Positions 1-10,949 of a stretch of DNA of 64,000 nucleotides are shown one piece after another (position 1 is the stretch's first letter; each line of letters opens with the position of its first letter). The translations under genes were made by a program, and so were the position numbers. The stretch comes from an uncultured Candidatus Bathyarchaeia archaeon (GTDB taxonomy: Archaea > Thermoproteota > Bathyarchaeia > 40CM-2-53-6), in contig CAZRDM010000006.1 of assembly GCA_964598845.1 (NCBI GenBank), forward strand, positions 38,049 to 102,048, written 5' to 3'. Below the pieces are notes generated by a model. It worked only from the letters and a program-made list of their open reading frames with translations. It searched no databases and was not told the origin of the DNA.

Positions 1-345
1 CAAATTGTCCACAATAGGCCCGAAGCTGCGCAGAGCGAACGTGGTTGGCACGAGAGAGCCGTGACTCTGCTCGTTCAAAGTTGTCATAAGGCTGATGCCT
101 TAACCAGCACATAACACGAACCTGACGATTCGATATAAGCGGATAAACTGTGTTTCACACAGGCGCCTTAAAATGTCTAAACAAACATGCGGCAAACCTG
201 GCATGCAACTTTTTTCATCAATCAAAATCGATTCACGGCTACTAACCCAGGCATCGCGCACCAGGTCGATCCTGCCCACGTACTCAAAACAGGGTGCCTC
301 GCGGAGTAGAGTATATCACAACAAGCCTGCCACAAAGTAGGATCG

Positions 346-1467
346 GTGGAAATGACTTCTGATGAAAGTAGGAAGCGCTCGTACAGTGTCCGGCTTGGAA
401 GACTAGCGTCGGCCATCCGTGAAAGCGGCCTTGATGGGATCGTTCTAGTTCCTGGACCCAACCTCAGATACTATACGGGCGTGAACTCGCTACTCTTGGA
501 GAGACCGTTTCTCTTCCTCTTACCGAAAGAGGGACAATCACATCTCCTCGCGCCGAAACTCGAATCAGGACCGTATCGAAGAGGCCCGATCCAAATGATG
601 ATCCACGACTGGACTGATTCTGAGGGACCGTCCCGAACCTTCGAGGAGCTTACGCAACATGTTTCGATCAAAGGGAAGTGGGGACTAGAAGGGAGAGTCC
701 CGTTTCGGTTCGTACACATCCTCCTGAAGTATGCTCACCCGGACTTGGAAGATGCGGAGCCCTTGCTGGGAAGAATCAGAGAGACCAAAGATCCTGAGGA
801 GATGCGCTATCTTCAACAAGCTGCATTGATTTTGTGCAGATCGCTCCTGAGATTCCCGAACATGATCAGACCTGGGATGACGGAACTGCAACTGGCGAGA
901 GAGTTGATGGAGGAAATCTACTCGAATGGCGCGGAGCACGTTGATGAGGTTCTGATTCAGTCTGGTAGAATGGCGGCAGACCCACACCACCTCCCTTCCA
1001 CTAGGAAGTTGCGACGTAAGGAAAGCATAGTCGTCGACGCTACGTGCCAGTTTGCCGGATACTACGCCGATATCACTCGAACCTTCATCCTAGGTCGCGA
1101 TGAGAACTTTGACAGCATCTACCTAAGCGTCCTTGAGGCACAAGAAGCTGCTCTCAGTACCTCAAAGGCTGGGGAGACGGTAGGAGCAGTCGATTATGCT
1201 GCGAGAAGTCGCCTCGAGCAGAATCAACTTGGTGAGTTCTTCATCCACCGCACCGGTCATGGGCTCGGCCTCGAAGTTCATGAGCTCCCCTACATAGTTC
1301 AAGATGGGAGAGAACTGCTTGAGCCAAGAATGGTTTTCACGGTAGAGCCTAGCGTTTACTTTCCAACTAAGATGGGTGTGAGGATAGAGGACGACGTTCT
1401 GGTGACTGACAGCGGCCGCAAAGTCTTGACAAGATCCCTACCGAAAGGATTGGGCTGGTGGCGTTAG
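346..1467 (+). CDS. M24 family Xaa-Pro aminopeptidase / prolidase
   Basis: 373 aa ORF with the M24 metal-binding signature HRTGHGLGLEVHE, a creatinase/prolidase N-terminal-like region and a C-terminal E..E pair. Confidence 0.8.
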   Translation: MEMTSDESRKRSYSVRLGRLASAIRESGLDGIVLVPGPNLRYYTGVNSLLLERPFLFLLPKEGQSHLLAPKLESGPYRRGPIQMMIHDWTDSEGPSRTFEELTQHVSIKGKWGLEGRVPFRFVHILLKYAHPDLEDAEPLLGRIRETKDPEEMRYLQQAALILCRSLLRFPNMIRPGMTELQLARELMEEIYSNGAEHVDEVLIQSGRMAADPHHLPSTRKLRRKESIVVDATCQFAGYYADITRTFILGRDENFDSIYLSVLEAQEAALSTSKAGETVGAVDYAARSRLEQNQLGEFFIHRTGHGLGLEVHELPYIVQDGRELLEPRMVFTVEPSVYFPTKMGVRIEDDVLVTDSGRKVLTRSLPKGLGWWR

Positions 1468-1890
1468 GCACCAGATCGCTAAACGTCTTCCTTAGAAATG
1501 GCCGGGCAGCCCTCAGTATTCGCCTCATTGAATGGATTTCGGCATTTGCTGAGCCGATCCGAAAAGATGCGTGTTTCCCCCGTGCGAAGGATTACCGGTA
1601 TTCTAGTCTCCCGCCAGCGTGTATTCTGGCTCTGTGTCCTTCGCTACATCTACAACAATCTTGACAAGCGCCACAATAGCTGCAGATGAAATGGGCTTCC
1701 TTCTTGCATATGGGGCACGTTGCGAAACGAATCTCGGTCATAGGATTGATTACCATTCTTTCAGGCGCTTAAGGTTCCCAGTGAGCTTGCATATTTGTTG
1801 ATGGGCATGTTCAACCAGTGATACTTACCTGTAGCATTATGCTCGGAGAGGTGTCGAATTCTTAATGCCTCAACTGAAGCTGGGTAATTC

Positions 1891-2235
1891 TTGCGTGTCT
1901 CCGGGTTGGATAGTGGAGGGCTCGCCGCACTCATCGTAACCCAAGTGGGGTTCGGCGGATCTATGGGATTTCTTCTGGGTTACGGCATGAAGAAACTTAC
2001 GACATTCTTTCTGAAAATTGTGGCGCTCACTTCATCGTTGTTCATGCTAGGCATTGCTTGGCTGGCATCCATCGGAGTCGTCACGTTGAATCTCGACGCC
2101 TTCACTTCAACGTTGGAGATTGGTCTCGGAGATGCGATAGCGAATCTAGTGACCTTGTTTGCGTTTCTTGCTCAGATTCTCCCGATAACAGGAAGTTTCG
2201 CGCTCGGATTCTACGCAGGGGCAAGAAAGGGTTAG
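1891..2235 (+). CDS. small hydrophobic membrane protein, function unknown
   Basis: 114 aa ORF with 3-4 predicted TM helices and no recognisable motif. Confidence 0.3.
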   Translation: MRVSGLDSGGLAALIVTQVGFGGSMGFLLGYGMKKLTTFFLKIVALTSSLFMLGIAWLASIGVVTLNLDAFTSTLEIGLGDAIANLVTLFAFLAQILPITGSFALGFYAGARKG

Positions 2236-2303
2236 TCTCGAGGGAAGAAAATTCGGACGGAAGAGAATAAACTGCATCTATATGCAAGCCGGCACAGTGT
2301 TAC

Positions 2304-2819
2304 TTGAAGTTCGAGCCAGAGGCCGAGGATATGAGGAGGATGCTTCTTGCGGCCTTGGGTATACTCATTGTCATTTCGGTTGTAATGGGCTATATTTTGG
2401 TTCTTGCCTCCAACGAGGCACGGATAAGGATCTCCGGCGTAACTCTGACCGTTGAGCTCGCTAACACGCCGGATGAACAAGCAAGAGGTCTCTCAGGTCG
2501 CGAATCCTTGGCCCCGGACCATGGAATGTTATTCGTCTTTGACCATGAAGCTCGCTGGAGTTTCTGGATGAAGAACATGAACTTCCCCTTGGATATCATC
2601 TGGTTTGACTCCAAGAGGCAAGCGGTTTTTGTAGAGCAGAACTTGAAGCCCTGCAGTCCGCAAGCCTGCCATGTTTACGCTCCTTCCACCGCCGCGATGT
2701 ATGTGCTCGAAGCGAACGCAGGGTTCGTGAAGACTCATGACATCCACTTGGGAACGACATTCGTCTTCTTGAACTGGTTTAGCTTCGAAGTCAGGGTTCT
2801 CGGAACCAAGGAGCGTTAG
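2304..2819 (+). CDS. DUF192 domain protein with N-terminal TM anchor
   Basis: motif LFVFDHEARWSFWMKNMNFPLDIIWFD is typical of DUF192; the N-terminus has a hydrophobic helix. Confidence 0.6.
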   Translation: MKFEPEAEDMRRMLLAALGILIVISVVMGYILVLASNEARIRISGVTLTVELANTPDEQARGLSGRESLAPDHGMLFVFDHEARWSFWMKNMNFPLDIIWFDSKRQAVFVEQNLKPCSPQACHVYAPSTAAMYVLEANAGFVKTHDIHLGTTFVFLNWFSFEVRVLGTKER

Positions 2820-2847
2820 GGGCTTGAACATATAGGCCGGAAAGATA

Positions 2848-3273
2848 ATGCCTGTAGACATGCCAGTAACCCGGTTAACCTATGAGGAATTCGCCAAGAC
2901 TGCGCGAGAATATCCGGATGATCCCTTCTCAACATTCGTGCGAGAAGGGAGGGTAGTTTACGTCTACGCTTTGACGCGAGACCTATGCAGTGGATGTGAA
3001 ATCCAAAGGCCTCTCTATGATGAACTGGCACACAAAATCCAGGAAAAGTATGGTGAGCGCGTCAAGTTCGCGGCGATCCACGTCTCGCAGCAAGAGGAGT
3101 TTCGAGATAAGCTCAGAGATTTCCGAAGGATGTTGAGGTTTGCTGCATATCCTACCTATCTGATTCTTCTAAGAACTGAGGTTGGCATCCTCGAGGCATA
3201 TCGGGGTATAGAGCCTCCCATGGAAGAGATCGCGCGAAGTATCGATATAGCAATGGAATTGGCAAACCGCTGA
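2848..3273 (+). CDS. thioredoxin-fold protein (CSGC motif)
   Basis: 141 aa with a C-S-G-C dithiol motif at thioredoxin-like spacing (VYVYA..CSGCE) followed by a hydrophobic core. Confidence 0.45.
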   Translation: MPVDMPVTRLTYEEFAKTAREYPDDPFSTFVREGRVVYVYALTRDLCSGCEIQRPLYDELAHKIQEKYGERVKFAAIHVSQQEEFRDKLRDFRRMLRFAAYPTYLILLRTEVGILEAYRGIEPPMEEIARSIDIAMELANR

Positions 3274-3348
3274 TAAGCGGTTCGACTCCTCAAAGAAAGG
3301 ATTTCCTCTCTACAGACTGATTACGCTTCTCTACAGCCTTCCAGAAGC

Positions 3349-4260
3349 TTACGTGGATCTACTCGCTGGTTTGACTGTTAGATAGACTCCTGCTAGGATT
3401 AGGATTGCGCCCAGAGCCACGTTTGCATCGAGCACCTCACCCAGTACAACCCAGCCCATTATCAGCGCAATTATTGGTGTGACGAAAACAATGAGAGATG
3501 TGTTTGTGGCAGTGGCGGCGGTCCTAGTTAGAAGCCAGTACAAACCAACAAACGCCAACGCCGATCCAACGATCCCCAGATAAAGCGTCGCCGCGATGGC
3601 AATCGGCGTGAATTGTAGGGTAGAATTCCGTTCTATGAGTAAACCAACTGATGACAAAACCACCGTTCCAGTAATTGCCTGTACGAGAACGTTAGCCGCA
3701 GGATCTATTCTGTGTGCGTGTAGTTTGACGACGACACTCGCTGACCCCCCTGAGAGAGCGCTTCCAACAACTGCGAGGCCTCCATAGAGAGAGTTGTGGA
3801 CGCCCGAACTCTGCGACGCAATGATATCTCGCCAGAATATTGCGGTCAACCCCACAAACGAAGCGACTATCCCTATCGCCTTGGACTTCGTTAGCCTCTC
3901 GCTTGGGATCATGAAATGGGCGAAGATGACGACGAAGAATGGCAAAGTGGCGAATAGGAGCGAGGAAATGCCTGAGGAGATGTATTGCTCTCCCCAGAAG
4001 ACCAATCCATAGGGCAAGCTGATCTGGAAGATCCCTAAGAACAGCATCAGAATCCAAGATGAAAGATCTTTTGGGACCCGAGCGTGAAGCAGCCTCACCA
4101 AGACCAGTAGCGCAAGGCTTGCTACCGCGAAGCGGATGCCTGCGAATAGGAAGGGAGGAAGAAACTCAAGTCCGATCTTGATGGCTAACCAAGTGGAACC
4201 CCAGATCAGACAGAGAGTTGCGAAGACGACCCCCGAAGTTCTGAACTGCAAATGCCGCAA
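3349..4260 (-). CDS. EamA/DMT superfamily transporter
   Basis: 303 aa with about 10 TM helices and the duplicated 5-TM EamA pattern. Confidence 0.75.
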   Translation of the reverse strand: MRHLQFRTSGVVFATLCLIWGSTWLAIKIGLEFLPPFLFAGIRFAVASLALLVLVRLLHARVPKDLSSWILMLFLGIFQISLPYGLVFWGEQYISSGISSLLFATLPFFVVIFAHFMIPSERLTKSKAIGIVASFVGLTAIFWRDIIASQSSGVHNSLYGGLAVVGSALSGGSASVVVKLHAHRIDPAANVLVQAITGTVVLSSVGLLIERNSTLQFTPIAIAATLYLGIVGSALAFVGLYWLLTRTAATATNTSLIVFVTPIIALIMGWVVLGEVLDANVALGAILILAGVYLTVKPASRST

Positions 4261-4348
4261 CGTCCGAACATGGAGTCTTGAGGCGCTCTCTGAGCTCAGA
4301 AATCGCGAGTTAGTCCGTTTCTACTTCCCATGTGAAATTCTTTGGCGT

Positions 4349-5503
4349 CTATTCTTGGGGGAAGTAGGCTTTCATCCTCTCTTCAAGGAAGCGATGTTTC
4401 TCTTGATATCCCCCTGTTGAGGGAGGAGTGAACTCCCAAGTGGGCGCAGGTTGTGCGAAGAAGTTGGCTCGGACAGGAGCGGCCTTTCCGTCTCCGACTT
4501 CCATATAACATACGCCTTCGCCCCCGAACCTTGCGGTTCTTTCAAGGCCTTGAATTTCCAGTACGACGTTCTGGGCAGCAACTCTACCCTGCTCGTCAGC
4601 TAGGACCCCCGCTCGAGGAAGTAGAAGACCTCGGGGTATCTTTACAGCGGCGCAGTCCCCGACCGCATAGACCCTAGCGGTATTCGTAGCCATCGTCTGG
4701 GAATCTACGGGAATCCATCCTGATTGATCGAGGAGCCCTGCCTCTCTCAGAACGGACGGGGCTACGTGAATAGGGACTGCAAAGACATGATCATGAAGAA
4801 TCTCTTCTCCACCTTCGATAACCACGCTGTCAGATCGAATCTCCTTGGCTTTTCGCGATGGGTAGTATTCGACTCCACGTTCCTGAAGAAGTTCCATGAC
4901 TATCTTACCCGCGTCGGGACCGAGTATGGTGAGTGGATGTGGTTCCGGAGTGACTACCTGAAGTTTCACCTTGTTCCTCGTGCCCCTCTTCCGCAGAACA
5001 TCATCGATGATCATCGTGGCCTCGTAGGGGGCTGGTGGACATTTGAATGGTAGGCCGCAGACCAGAACTGATAATACGCCTCCGTTGAGTGAATTCAGAG
5101 TATCCCTAATCTCTGCGCAACCGCTTTCAGTGTACACATTCCTCGCGTATTTTGTGAATCCCGGAGTAGACGCAGGAGAGTAATCTGCGCCAAGCGCGAT
5201 TATCAAGTAGTCGTATAGCAGCTGCTGTTTCCCAACTCGCACTTCTTGGTTTGGTACGCTAATGGCGGTCACCTCGCCTTCTAAGAAATTGATCGCGCGC
5301 TTCGCTAGGCTTGCACGGTTTCCGGCGTTCTCCCCAACCCTTCTCGAACCATTTAGTACCCAGAGCTTCGTTAGACCCATCATGAAAAGAGGCTGCCGGT
5401 CGACCAAAGTGATCTTGTGCTCTAACTCCAGCTTTCTTCGAAGTTCATTTGCAGCGGCTAGGCCGCCGAAACCGCCACCAAGGATGAGGATATGCTCGCC
5501 CAT
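4349..5503 (-). CDS. FAD-dependent pyridine nucleotide-disulfide oxidoreductase, sulfide:quinone oxidoreductase / NDH-2 like
   Basis: N-terminal ILILGGGFGGLAAA dinucleotide-binding motif, a second GxGxxG-like region (YAVGDCAA) and conserved cysteines; length 384 aa. Confidence 0.7.
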   Translation of the reverse strand: MGEHILILGGGFGGLAAANELRRKLELEHKITLVDRQPLFMMGLTKLWVLNGSRRVGENAGNRASLAKRAINFLEGEVTAISVPNQEVRVGKQQLLYDYLIIALGADYSPASTPGFTKYARNVYTESGCAEIRDTLNSLNGGVLSVLVCGLPFKCPPAPYEATMIIDDVLRKRGTRNKVKLQVVTPEPHPLTILGPDAGKIVMELLQERGVEYYPSRKAKEIRSDSVVIEGGEEILHDHVFAVPIHVAPSVLREAGLLDQSGWIPVDSQTMATNTARVYAVGDCAAVKIPRGLLLPRAGVLADEQGRVAAQNVVLEIQGLERTARFGGEGVCYMEVGDGKAAPVRANFFAQPAPTWEFTPPSTGGYQEKHRFLEERMKAYFPQE

Positions 5504-5600
5504 GATGAGTCAACACCCGAAACAGCAGGTTGACACTATTTAGTAAGCTTGCCGCCAATTCCTAGCGACGGGATTATGTTGGGCGATTCTGGGCTCTGAC

Positions 5601-5786
5601 TTACCTTATGTCAAATACGACGACTGACACTCGCTTTCCACATCTCTGGCAGAAGACGAAATTCTGCAGGACCTGCCCGACACTGGTTATGACGGATGTA
5701 TCAAAGGCATCATACTTGCTGTCGAACTTAGCTTTACATTCCATACATCTGAGTTTAACATGCGCTGTTTTCTGACTCATTATCAA
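5601..5786 (-). CDS. small zinc-ribbon protein
   Basis: 61 aa with two CxxC pairs (CMECK ... CQRCGK). Confidence 0.3.
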   Translation of the reverse strand: MIMSQKTAHVKLRCMECKAKFDSKYDAFDTSVITSVGQVLQNFVFCQRCGKRVSVVVFDIR

Positions 5787-6190
5787 TACTTCGCAGCTAG
5801 CCGGAAAGTGATATCTATTTTAATTGAACCTTTCGGTCAATGTCCTCGGATAGCAGTCCGTCTGCGAGCAAGGGTGAACATTCCCTCGCCGCATGCGTCA
5901 TCAGAACCCGCATATTGCAGGCTGTGGAGAGCGAGTAGCTCCATGGGCGTGGGACCAACGAAAATGACCCCACGCTCCTTGTTCAATCGTTAGGACTTGA
6001 CGAAGGGGCTGAGATCCTGAATAGGGGTGGAGCCAATGTTACCTACCGTGAATATGCAATGGGCCATGAAGCTCGCTAAGATACCTTGCGTGATTTAGCT
6101 GCTTGGATTAGAGAATTTCTGGATTCCAGTTGAGAGGAGCGTTATCTTTTATCTAGGTGTCTGCGAGCATTCCGCTGGGTTGCGTCCATT

Positions 6191-6808
6191 ATGGGCGAGA
6201 TGAGCGGTCCGAAGCCTCGCGACGCAGCACTTACAGCGGTGATGACAGCCGCCACCGCGGCAGCTACGATGGCCATCAGTGTTCCATTCCCACTCACACG
6301 CGGATACTTCAATCTAGGTGACGCGTTTGTGATGCTTTCCGGTCTTCTTTTTGGAGCGCGGCTAGGGGGAGTTGCTGGCGGGGTCGGCTCGGCCTTAGCG
6401 GATGTCTTGTTGGGTTACTCGTACTACGCGCCATTGACACTCTTTGTCAAGGGTACAGAAGGATTTCTCACTGGCTTGATAGGTTACAACAGGAAGTTCT
6501 CGTACAAGGTTGCGGGGGTAGCGACAGGTGCCATCGCGATGCTTGTCGGTTACTTTTCCGTGGAAATACCCCTCTATGGTATCGGCCCAGCTCTCGCCGA
6601 ACTAGCAACAATAAACTCAATTCAAGTCATTTCCGGCGCAGTCATATCACTTGTGCTAGCTCAAATCCTAGTCAGAGCCTATCCGAGCATTCAGTTCTTC
6701 AAACCACCGGCCGAACGCTTTAGGTCTGGGATAGTGATGGTAATCATTGCGGTCGTGATTCTCAGTGCCATCGTCAGCATCTATGTTATGACAGGGACCT
6801 CACCGTAG
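6191..6808 (+). CDS. ECF-transporter S-component-like membrane protein
   Basis: 205 aa, 5-6 TM helices, glycine-rich helix packing (GGVAGGVGSALADVLLG) typical of ECF substrate-capture components. Confidence 0.45.
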   Translation: MGEMSGPKPRDAALTAVMTAATAAATMAISVPFPLTRGYFNLGDAFVMLSGLLFGARLGGVAGGVGSALADVLLGYSYYAPLTLFVKGTEGFLTGLIGYNRKFSYKVAGVATGAIAMLVGYFSVEIPLYGIGPALAELATINSIQVISGAVISLVLAQILVRAYPSIQFFKPPAERFRSGIVMVIIAVVILSAIVSIYVMTGTSP

Positions 6809-6809
6809 C

Positions 6810-7100
6810 TGTCACAATTCTCACAGCACTTGCAAGCGACTGCTCCATTTTCAACGAACTCATTGTCCAAGTAGTGACCATCGCTCTTCTCGTAGTTGAT
6901 CCTCATTTCCAGTGGATTGCTTCCGGCCTCAGGTTCAGTCAATCCAAAAGCAAGGATCTTCTCTCCTCTCGTAGACGGGGGAAGGTACCGCTTTCTCTGA
7001 TCTTCATTTCCCCATTCTGAATCGGAATCTGGCCGATTGACGTTTGACCGGAAGACAACGTCCGGATCCCGGTTCCTTCCATGTCAATGCGCACCAGTTC
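6810..7100 (-). pseudogene. acyl-CoA dehydrogenase remnant (fragmentary)
   Basis: minus-strand translation gives ILAFGLTEPEAGSNPLEMRINYEKSDGHYLDNEFVENG, which matches the ACAD signature [GA]-[LIVM]-TEP-x-[AS]-GS. The flanking frames are broken by stops and shifts and the gene is truncated by the neighbouring gene. Confidence 0.3.
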
Positions 7101-7434
7101 TCTAGTGTAGGTGAGTCGGTGCCGCGTCCCCGTCTCTTCTGACGGGGATTCCGAGAAGATTGTAGCTCTTACAGAGAGGAATCAATTGATCGTTGTAGCG
7201 GTGCTCAAGGTAGCAGACTTCCTCTATTGGTCTAAGTTCCTTGCAGAATCCACTCACGTCATGGGGCAGGTTTTCGCGTTTCTGATTTTCCGTCGTTCTC
7301 ACTGAATGTGTTCCCTAGCCTAGCGCTAGGACGCGAACATAGTTCTTCACCAACTTCTCGTCTGAGCGGTTTCACATTAGTTTGCGGGTGAAATCTACGC
7401 CGCGAACTACCTTTTTACATAGGTCGGACTCAAC

Positions 7435-8541
7435 TTGACGAACCAACCTGCTAGAATGGAGGTTTTCGGTTCGCCAAAGATCCGTGTAGCAATTGTTGGT
7501 GTGGGCAACTGCGCCTCGTCTCTTGTTCAGGGCGTTGAATTCTACAAGAATGCGAAGGACGACGAATTCGTTCCGGGCCTGATGCATGTTAGGCTTGGTG
7601 GCTATCACGTTCGCGACATCACTTTCACGGCTGCTTTTGAAATCGATAAGGACAAAGTGGGGAAGGACCTAGCTGAAGCAATATTCACGCCTCCGAACAA
7701 CACGATCAAGTTTTGCAAGGTACCCAAGCTGGGAGTAGAAGTCCAGAGGGGTATGACCCACGACGGCCTCGGAAAATACTTGAGTAAGGTGATTGAGAAA
7801 CATCCCTCCCACACGGTTGATGTTGCACATGTCCTTAAACAAACGAAGACGGACATTCTCGTCAATTTTCTCCCAGTGGGTTCCGAATTCGCGACGAAGT
7901 GGTATGTGGAACAGGCCCTAGATGCGGGCTGTGCCGTCGTCAATTGCATCCCAGTCTTCATTGCCAGAGAAAAGCGCTGGCAACAGATCTTTGGAAAGCG
8001 AGGTCTCCCCATAATCGGCGACGACATCAAGTCGCAGGTCGGTGCAACGATAGTTCACAGAGTGCTGACTCAACTCTTCAGAGAGCGGGGAGTGAAGCTT
8101 GAACGGACCGTGCAGCTTAACGTTGGAGGAAATACTGACTTCCTGAACATGCTTGAAAGAGAGAGACTGGAGAGCAAGAAGATCTCGAAGACAAACGCGG
8201 TAACATCGATTCTGGATTACAGACTTGCCCCTGAGAACGTGCATATTGGACCAAGCGACTACGTGCCCTGGCTCCAAGACAGAAAATGGGCCTATATACG
8301 CCTTGAAGGAACGACCTTCGGGAATATTCCGTTGAATCTCGAACTGAAGCTCGAAGTCTGGGATTCTCCGAACAGCGCTGGAGTGGCAATAGATGCGATT
8401 CGATGCGCAAAGTTGGGATTGGACAGAGGACTCAGCGGGGCGCTGAAGGCCCCGTCAGCCTACTTCATGAAGTCTCCGCCGGAACAATACCTAGATAACG
8501 TGGCAAGAAGAATGCTTGAGGACTTCATTCAGGGAAAGTGA
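7435..8541 (+). CDS. myo-inositol-1-phosphate synthase (inositol-3-phosphate synthase)
   Basis: 368 aa with N-terminal Rossmann motif [18 protein letters not shown] and the overall MIPS family pattern; the true start may be the internal Met at 7456. Confidence 0.8.
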   Translation: MTNQPARMEVFGSPKIRVAIVGVGNCASSLVQGVEFYKNAKDDEFVPGLMHVRLGGYHVRDITFTAAFEIDKDKVGKDLAEAIFTPPNNTIKFCKVPKLGVEVQRGMTHDGLGKYLSKVIEKHPSHTVDVAHVLKQTKTDILVNFLPVGSEFATKWYVEQALDAGCAVVNCIPVFIAREKRWQQIFGKRGLPIIGDDIKSQVGATIVHRVLTQLFRERGVKLERTVQLNVGGNTDFLNMLERERLESKKISKTNAVTSILDYRLAPENVHIGPSDYVPWLQDRKWAYIRLEGTTFGNIPLNLELKLEVWDSPNSAGVAIDAIRCAKLGLDRGLSGALKAPSAYFMKSPPEQYLDNVARRMLEDFIQGK

Positions 8542-8557
8542 TGACGTCCCGGCTAGC

Positions 8558-9223
8558 TCATTCCAGCAAAGTGATCGCAGCTGCGATCACTGCATGCTCT
8601 GCCAAGAGTCTGCTGGACGCGCTTGTGATCGTTACAACATCGTTTTCCTTCGGATGAAATACTCTCTCTAGTTCTTCGACCAAGGGATCCTCAGGGCCAA
8701 ATGTCCAGTCCCCGTTCTCTGCCATTGGCATCACATACTTTCCTTTGCGCACCACAAGTGTGCACGCACCTCTTGCACCCGCTCGAATTGCCTCATCGCG
8801 CTGCTCAATTCCTCTCTTCACCAGTCGACTTGCTCCTCTTATCAAAATGGCCGCACTGACTTTATCCAAAGCAAGTTGTTTAGCATCAACAATAGAAACT
8901 TGTGACAGCTTGGCTCTCAGCGACTTGTAAATGGTCGTCCCTCGCTTTGTTAAGACGCAGCCTTCTTTTACAGTTGCGACGAGGTCTGCATCTGCCAGAT
9001 GCTTAATGATCGTTCGAATTGTTCCTTCTCCCAATCCCAACCTTCTTGATAACTCAATTCTGCCGATCGGGCCGCCGTCACCGATTGTCAACAGTGCAAG
9101 ACAGATGTGCGTATACGAAAAGACTGGCGCTGGACCAGGGCTGGGTGCTTTGGAGAGAGAAATCAGGATTCGCAGGACCTTGCCTGATGCAGCTGCCATT
9201 AGGTGCCTGCTCCTCTCCGTCAT
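8558..9223 (-). CDS. winged-helix transcriptional regulator with uncharacterised C-terminal domain
   Basis: 221 aa; the N-terminal wHTH-like segment (GRIELSRRLGLGEGTIRTIIKHLADADLV) is followed by a conserved-looking about 120 aa domain with no motif I can name. Confidence 0.45.
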   Translation of the reverse strand: MTERSRHLMAAASGKVLRILISLSKAPSPGPAPVFSYTHICLALLTIGDGGPIGRIELSRRLGLGEGTIRTIIKHLADADLVATVKEGCVLTKRGTTIYKSLRAKLSQVSIVDAKQLALDKVSAAILIRGASRLVKRGIEQRDEAIRAGARGACTLVVRKGKYVMPMAENGDWTFGPEDPLVEELERVFHPKENDVVTITSASSRLLAEHAVIAAAITLLE

Positions 9224-9283
9224 GATTCAGTGTAACGGCCCTTCAGTAGGCTCAGGCCTCGTCAGATTCCCGAGATATTCAAG

Positions 9284-10471
9284 TTACGGTCTGGCCTTGG
9301 TTGTCAACTTGGGCTTCGGTCTTAGTATCCACTTTTTCAGTCGCCTCGCCGCCTCTTGCAGGGTCACATCTTTCTTGCAGAAGGCGAGTCGAACTTTCCG
9401 TTCACCGAGATTCTTGTCATGGTAAAGGGCCTTTGCCGGCAATGCGGCTATTCTTGCTTCTCTGAGCAGGTGGTCTGTGAAATCTTCTCCGTTTCTGAAT
9501 GTGTCAGGTGCATTCATGAGAATAAAGTACGCACCTTCAGGCCTGTGGTATTCAATCCCGACCTCATCAAGGGCTTTCATGAGACGCCTTCGCTTCTTGT
9601 CGTACATGTCGGCGAGTCTCTCATAGTAGCTTCTCGGGAAGTTCACTGCTGTGATGAGCCCCTCTTGGAAAGGTCTGGGTGCCCCGCCTGTTATGTAATC
9701 ATGGACTTTTCTCACAGCATCCGATAACCTCGCTTCGGCAATCGCCCAGCCAACTCGCCAGCCTGTCACGGAGTATGTCTTTGAAGCGCCGCTCACGGTG
9801 ACGGTTCGTTCATGCATATTTCCCACCGTGGCTAGGCTAACGTGCTTCTTGCCATCGTAGGTGATATGTTCGTAGATTTCGTCCACAATCGCTATGACTT
9901 CCTGTTCTTCGCATAGATCGGCTATGAGCTTCAACTGTTCTGAGTCCAGCATTTTTCCGGTAGGATTGTTCGGCGTGTTGAGAATAATCAGTTTGGGACG
10001 CTTCTCCATCGCATCCTTGAGATTTTCCTCATCAAGCGTGAGATGTCGTCCCACGAATGGAACATAAGTCGCATGAGAACCAGCGAGTATGGCAGCTGGG
10101 ACATAACTCTCGAAGAATGGTTCGGTTACAACCACGCCTTCGCCAGGATTAGTCAAGGCCAGTACAGCGGCCGTGATGGCCTCTGTCGCCCCACACGTCA
10201 CAGTGATGTCTTTCTCTGGATTAGCCTCGATTCTATTATACTCCTTCAGTTTTCTTGCTATACCTTCTCTAAGTTCAGCCTGACCACAGCTTGTCGCATA
10301 CTGATTTGAGCCATGCCGTATCGCGTTAACGGCCGCCTCGATCAGCTGGGATGGTGGATCGAAATCGGGCATACCCTGAGATAGATCGATCGCCCCGTAC
10401 TCGTCGCTGAGTGTAGTCATGCGCGAGATTGGTGAGCTCGTGAATTGACGAACTTTTTCCGCGACCGCCAA
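9284..10471 (-). CDS. class I/II pyridoxal-phosphate aminotransferase (aspartate aminotransferase-like)
   Basis: 395 aa with the PLP-lysine region SGASKTYSVTGWRVGW and the fold-type I pattern. Confidence 0.8.
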   Translation of the reverse strand: MAVAEKVRQFTSSPISRMTTLSDEYGAIDLSQGMPDFDPPSQLIEAAVNAIRHGSNQYATSCGQAELREGIARKLKEYNRIEANPEKDITVTCGATEAITAAVLALTNPGEGVVVTEPFFESYVPAAILAGSHATYVPFVGRHLTLDEENLKDAMEKRPKLIILNTPNNPTGKMLDSEQLKLIADLCEEQEVIAIVDEIYEHITYDGKKHVSLATVGNMHERTVTVSGASKTYSVTGWRVGWAIAEARLSDAVRKVHDYITGGAPRPFQEGLITAVNFPRSYYERLADMYDKKRRRLMKALDEVGIEYHRPEGAYFILMNAPDTFRNGEDFTDHLLREARIAALPAKALYHDKNLGERKVRLAFCKKDVTLQEAARRLKKWILRPKPKLTTKARP

Positions 10472-10526
10472 GAAACATCCCTAGCCCCAGTGAGCGCTCT
10501 GCGACGCTTTAAAACTAAAGCCGGCT

Positions 10527-10949
10527 TCAGAAACGAGTTGAGTCCCTTCTCTTTAGATAGATGAAAACTCCCAGAAGAGCCACCAGGATGACGGCGACGA
10601 AGGTAGAGTCCTGGTTCACTGGGTCGAAACGGACTAGTCGCCCATGGCCTCCCGGAGCAATCGCGCCTCCTGGACTCACCGAACCCTTCCCGGTCAGCCA
10701 CACATAATCGTTCTTGTCGATCGTTATGCCCCGCATATCACCAGCACCCGGGACGGGATATTACGTGAGGCTACGGTCAGAGGGATCAAACCTAGCCAGC
10801 TTACTTGCGTTTGACTCTGTGAACCAGACTACTCCGTGGCTATCAACCATTATGGCCAGGGGAGCTGACTCTGGAGTTGGGACATCATATTCCTCAATGT
10901 AATTCAGCTGGGTGTTAGCAGCCAAGACTGGGTCTATCGGAAGCAACAA
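10527..10949 (-). pseudogene. Vgb/NHL-like beta-propeller-repeat protein with C-terminal TM anchor, interrupted by in-frame TAA
   Basis: two ORFs in the same frame are separated by a single TAA codon (complement of 10761-10763). Both halves carry the repeat motif (VVWFTE..KLARFDP / YVWLT..RLVRFDP). A signal-peptide-like segment lies upstream without a canonical start codon. Confidence 0.4.

Noticed and set aside
1-86. possible 5'-truncated minus-strand CDS at the window edge
   Set aside because: Two different frames are open to the edge with plausible Met starts. The sequence is too short to decide.
3596-4057. several 60-120 aa ORFs nested inside or antisense to the DMT transporter and FAD oxidoreductase genes (for example 3692-4057, 4453-4677, 4724-5053)
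   Set aside because: These are antisense or alternative-frame ORFs within strongly supported genes, with atypical composition; treated as artefacts.
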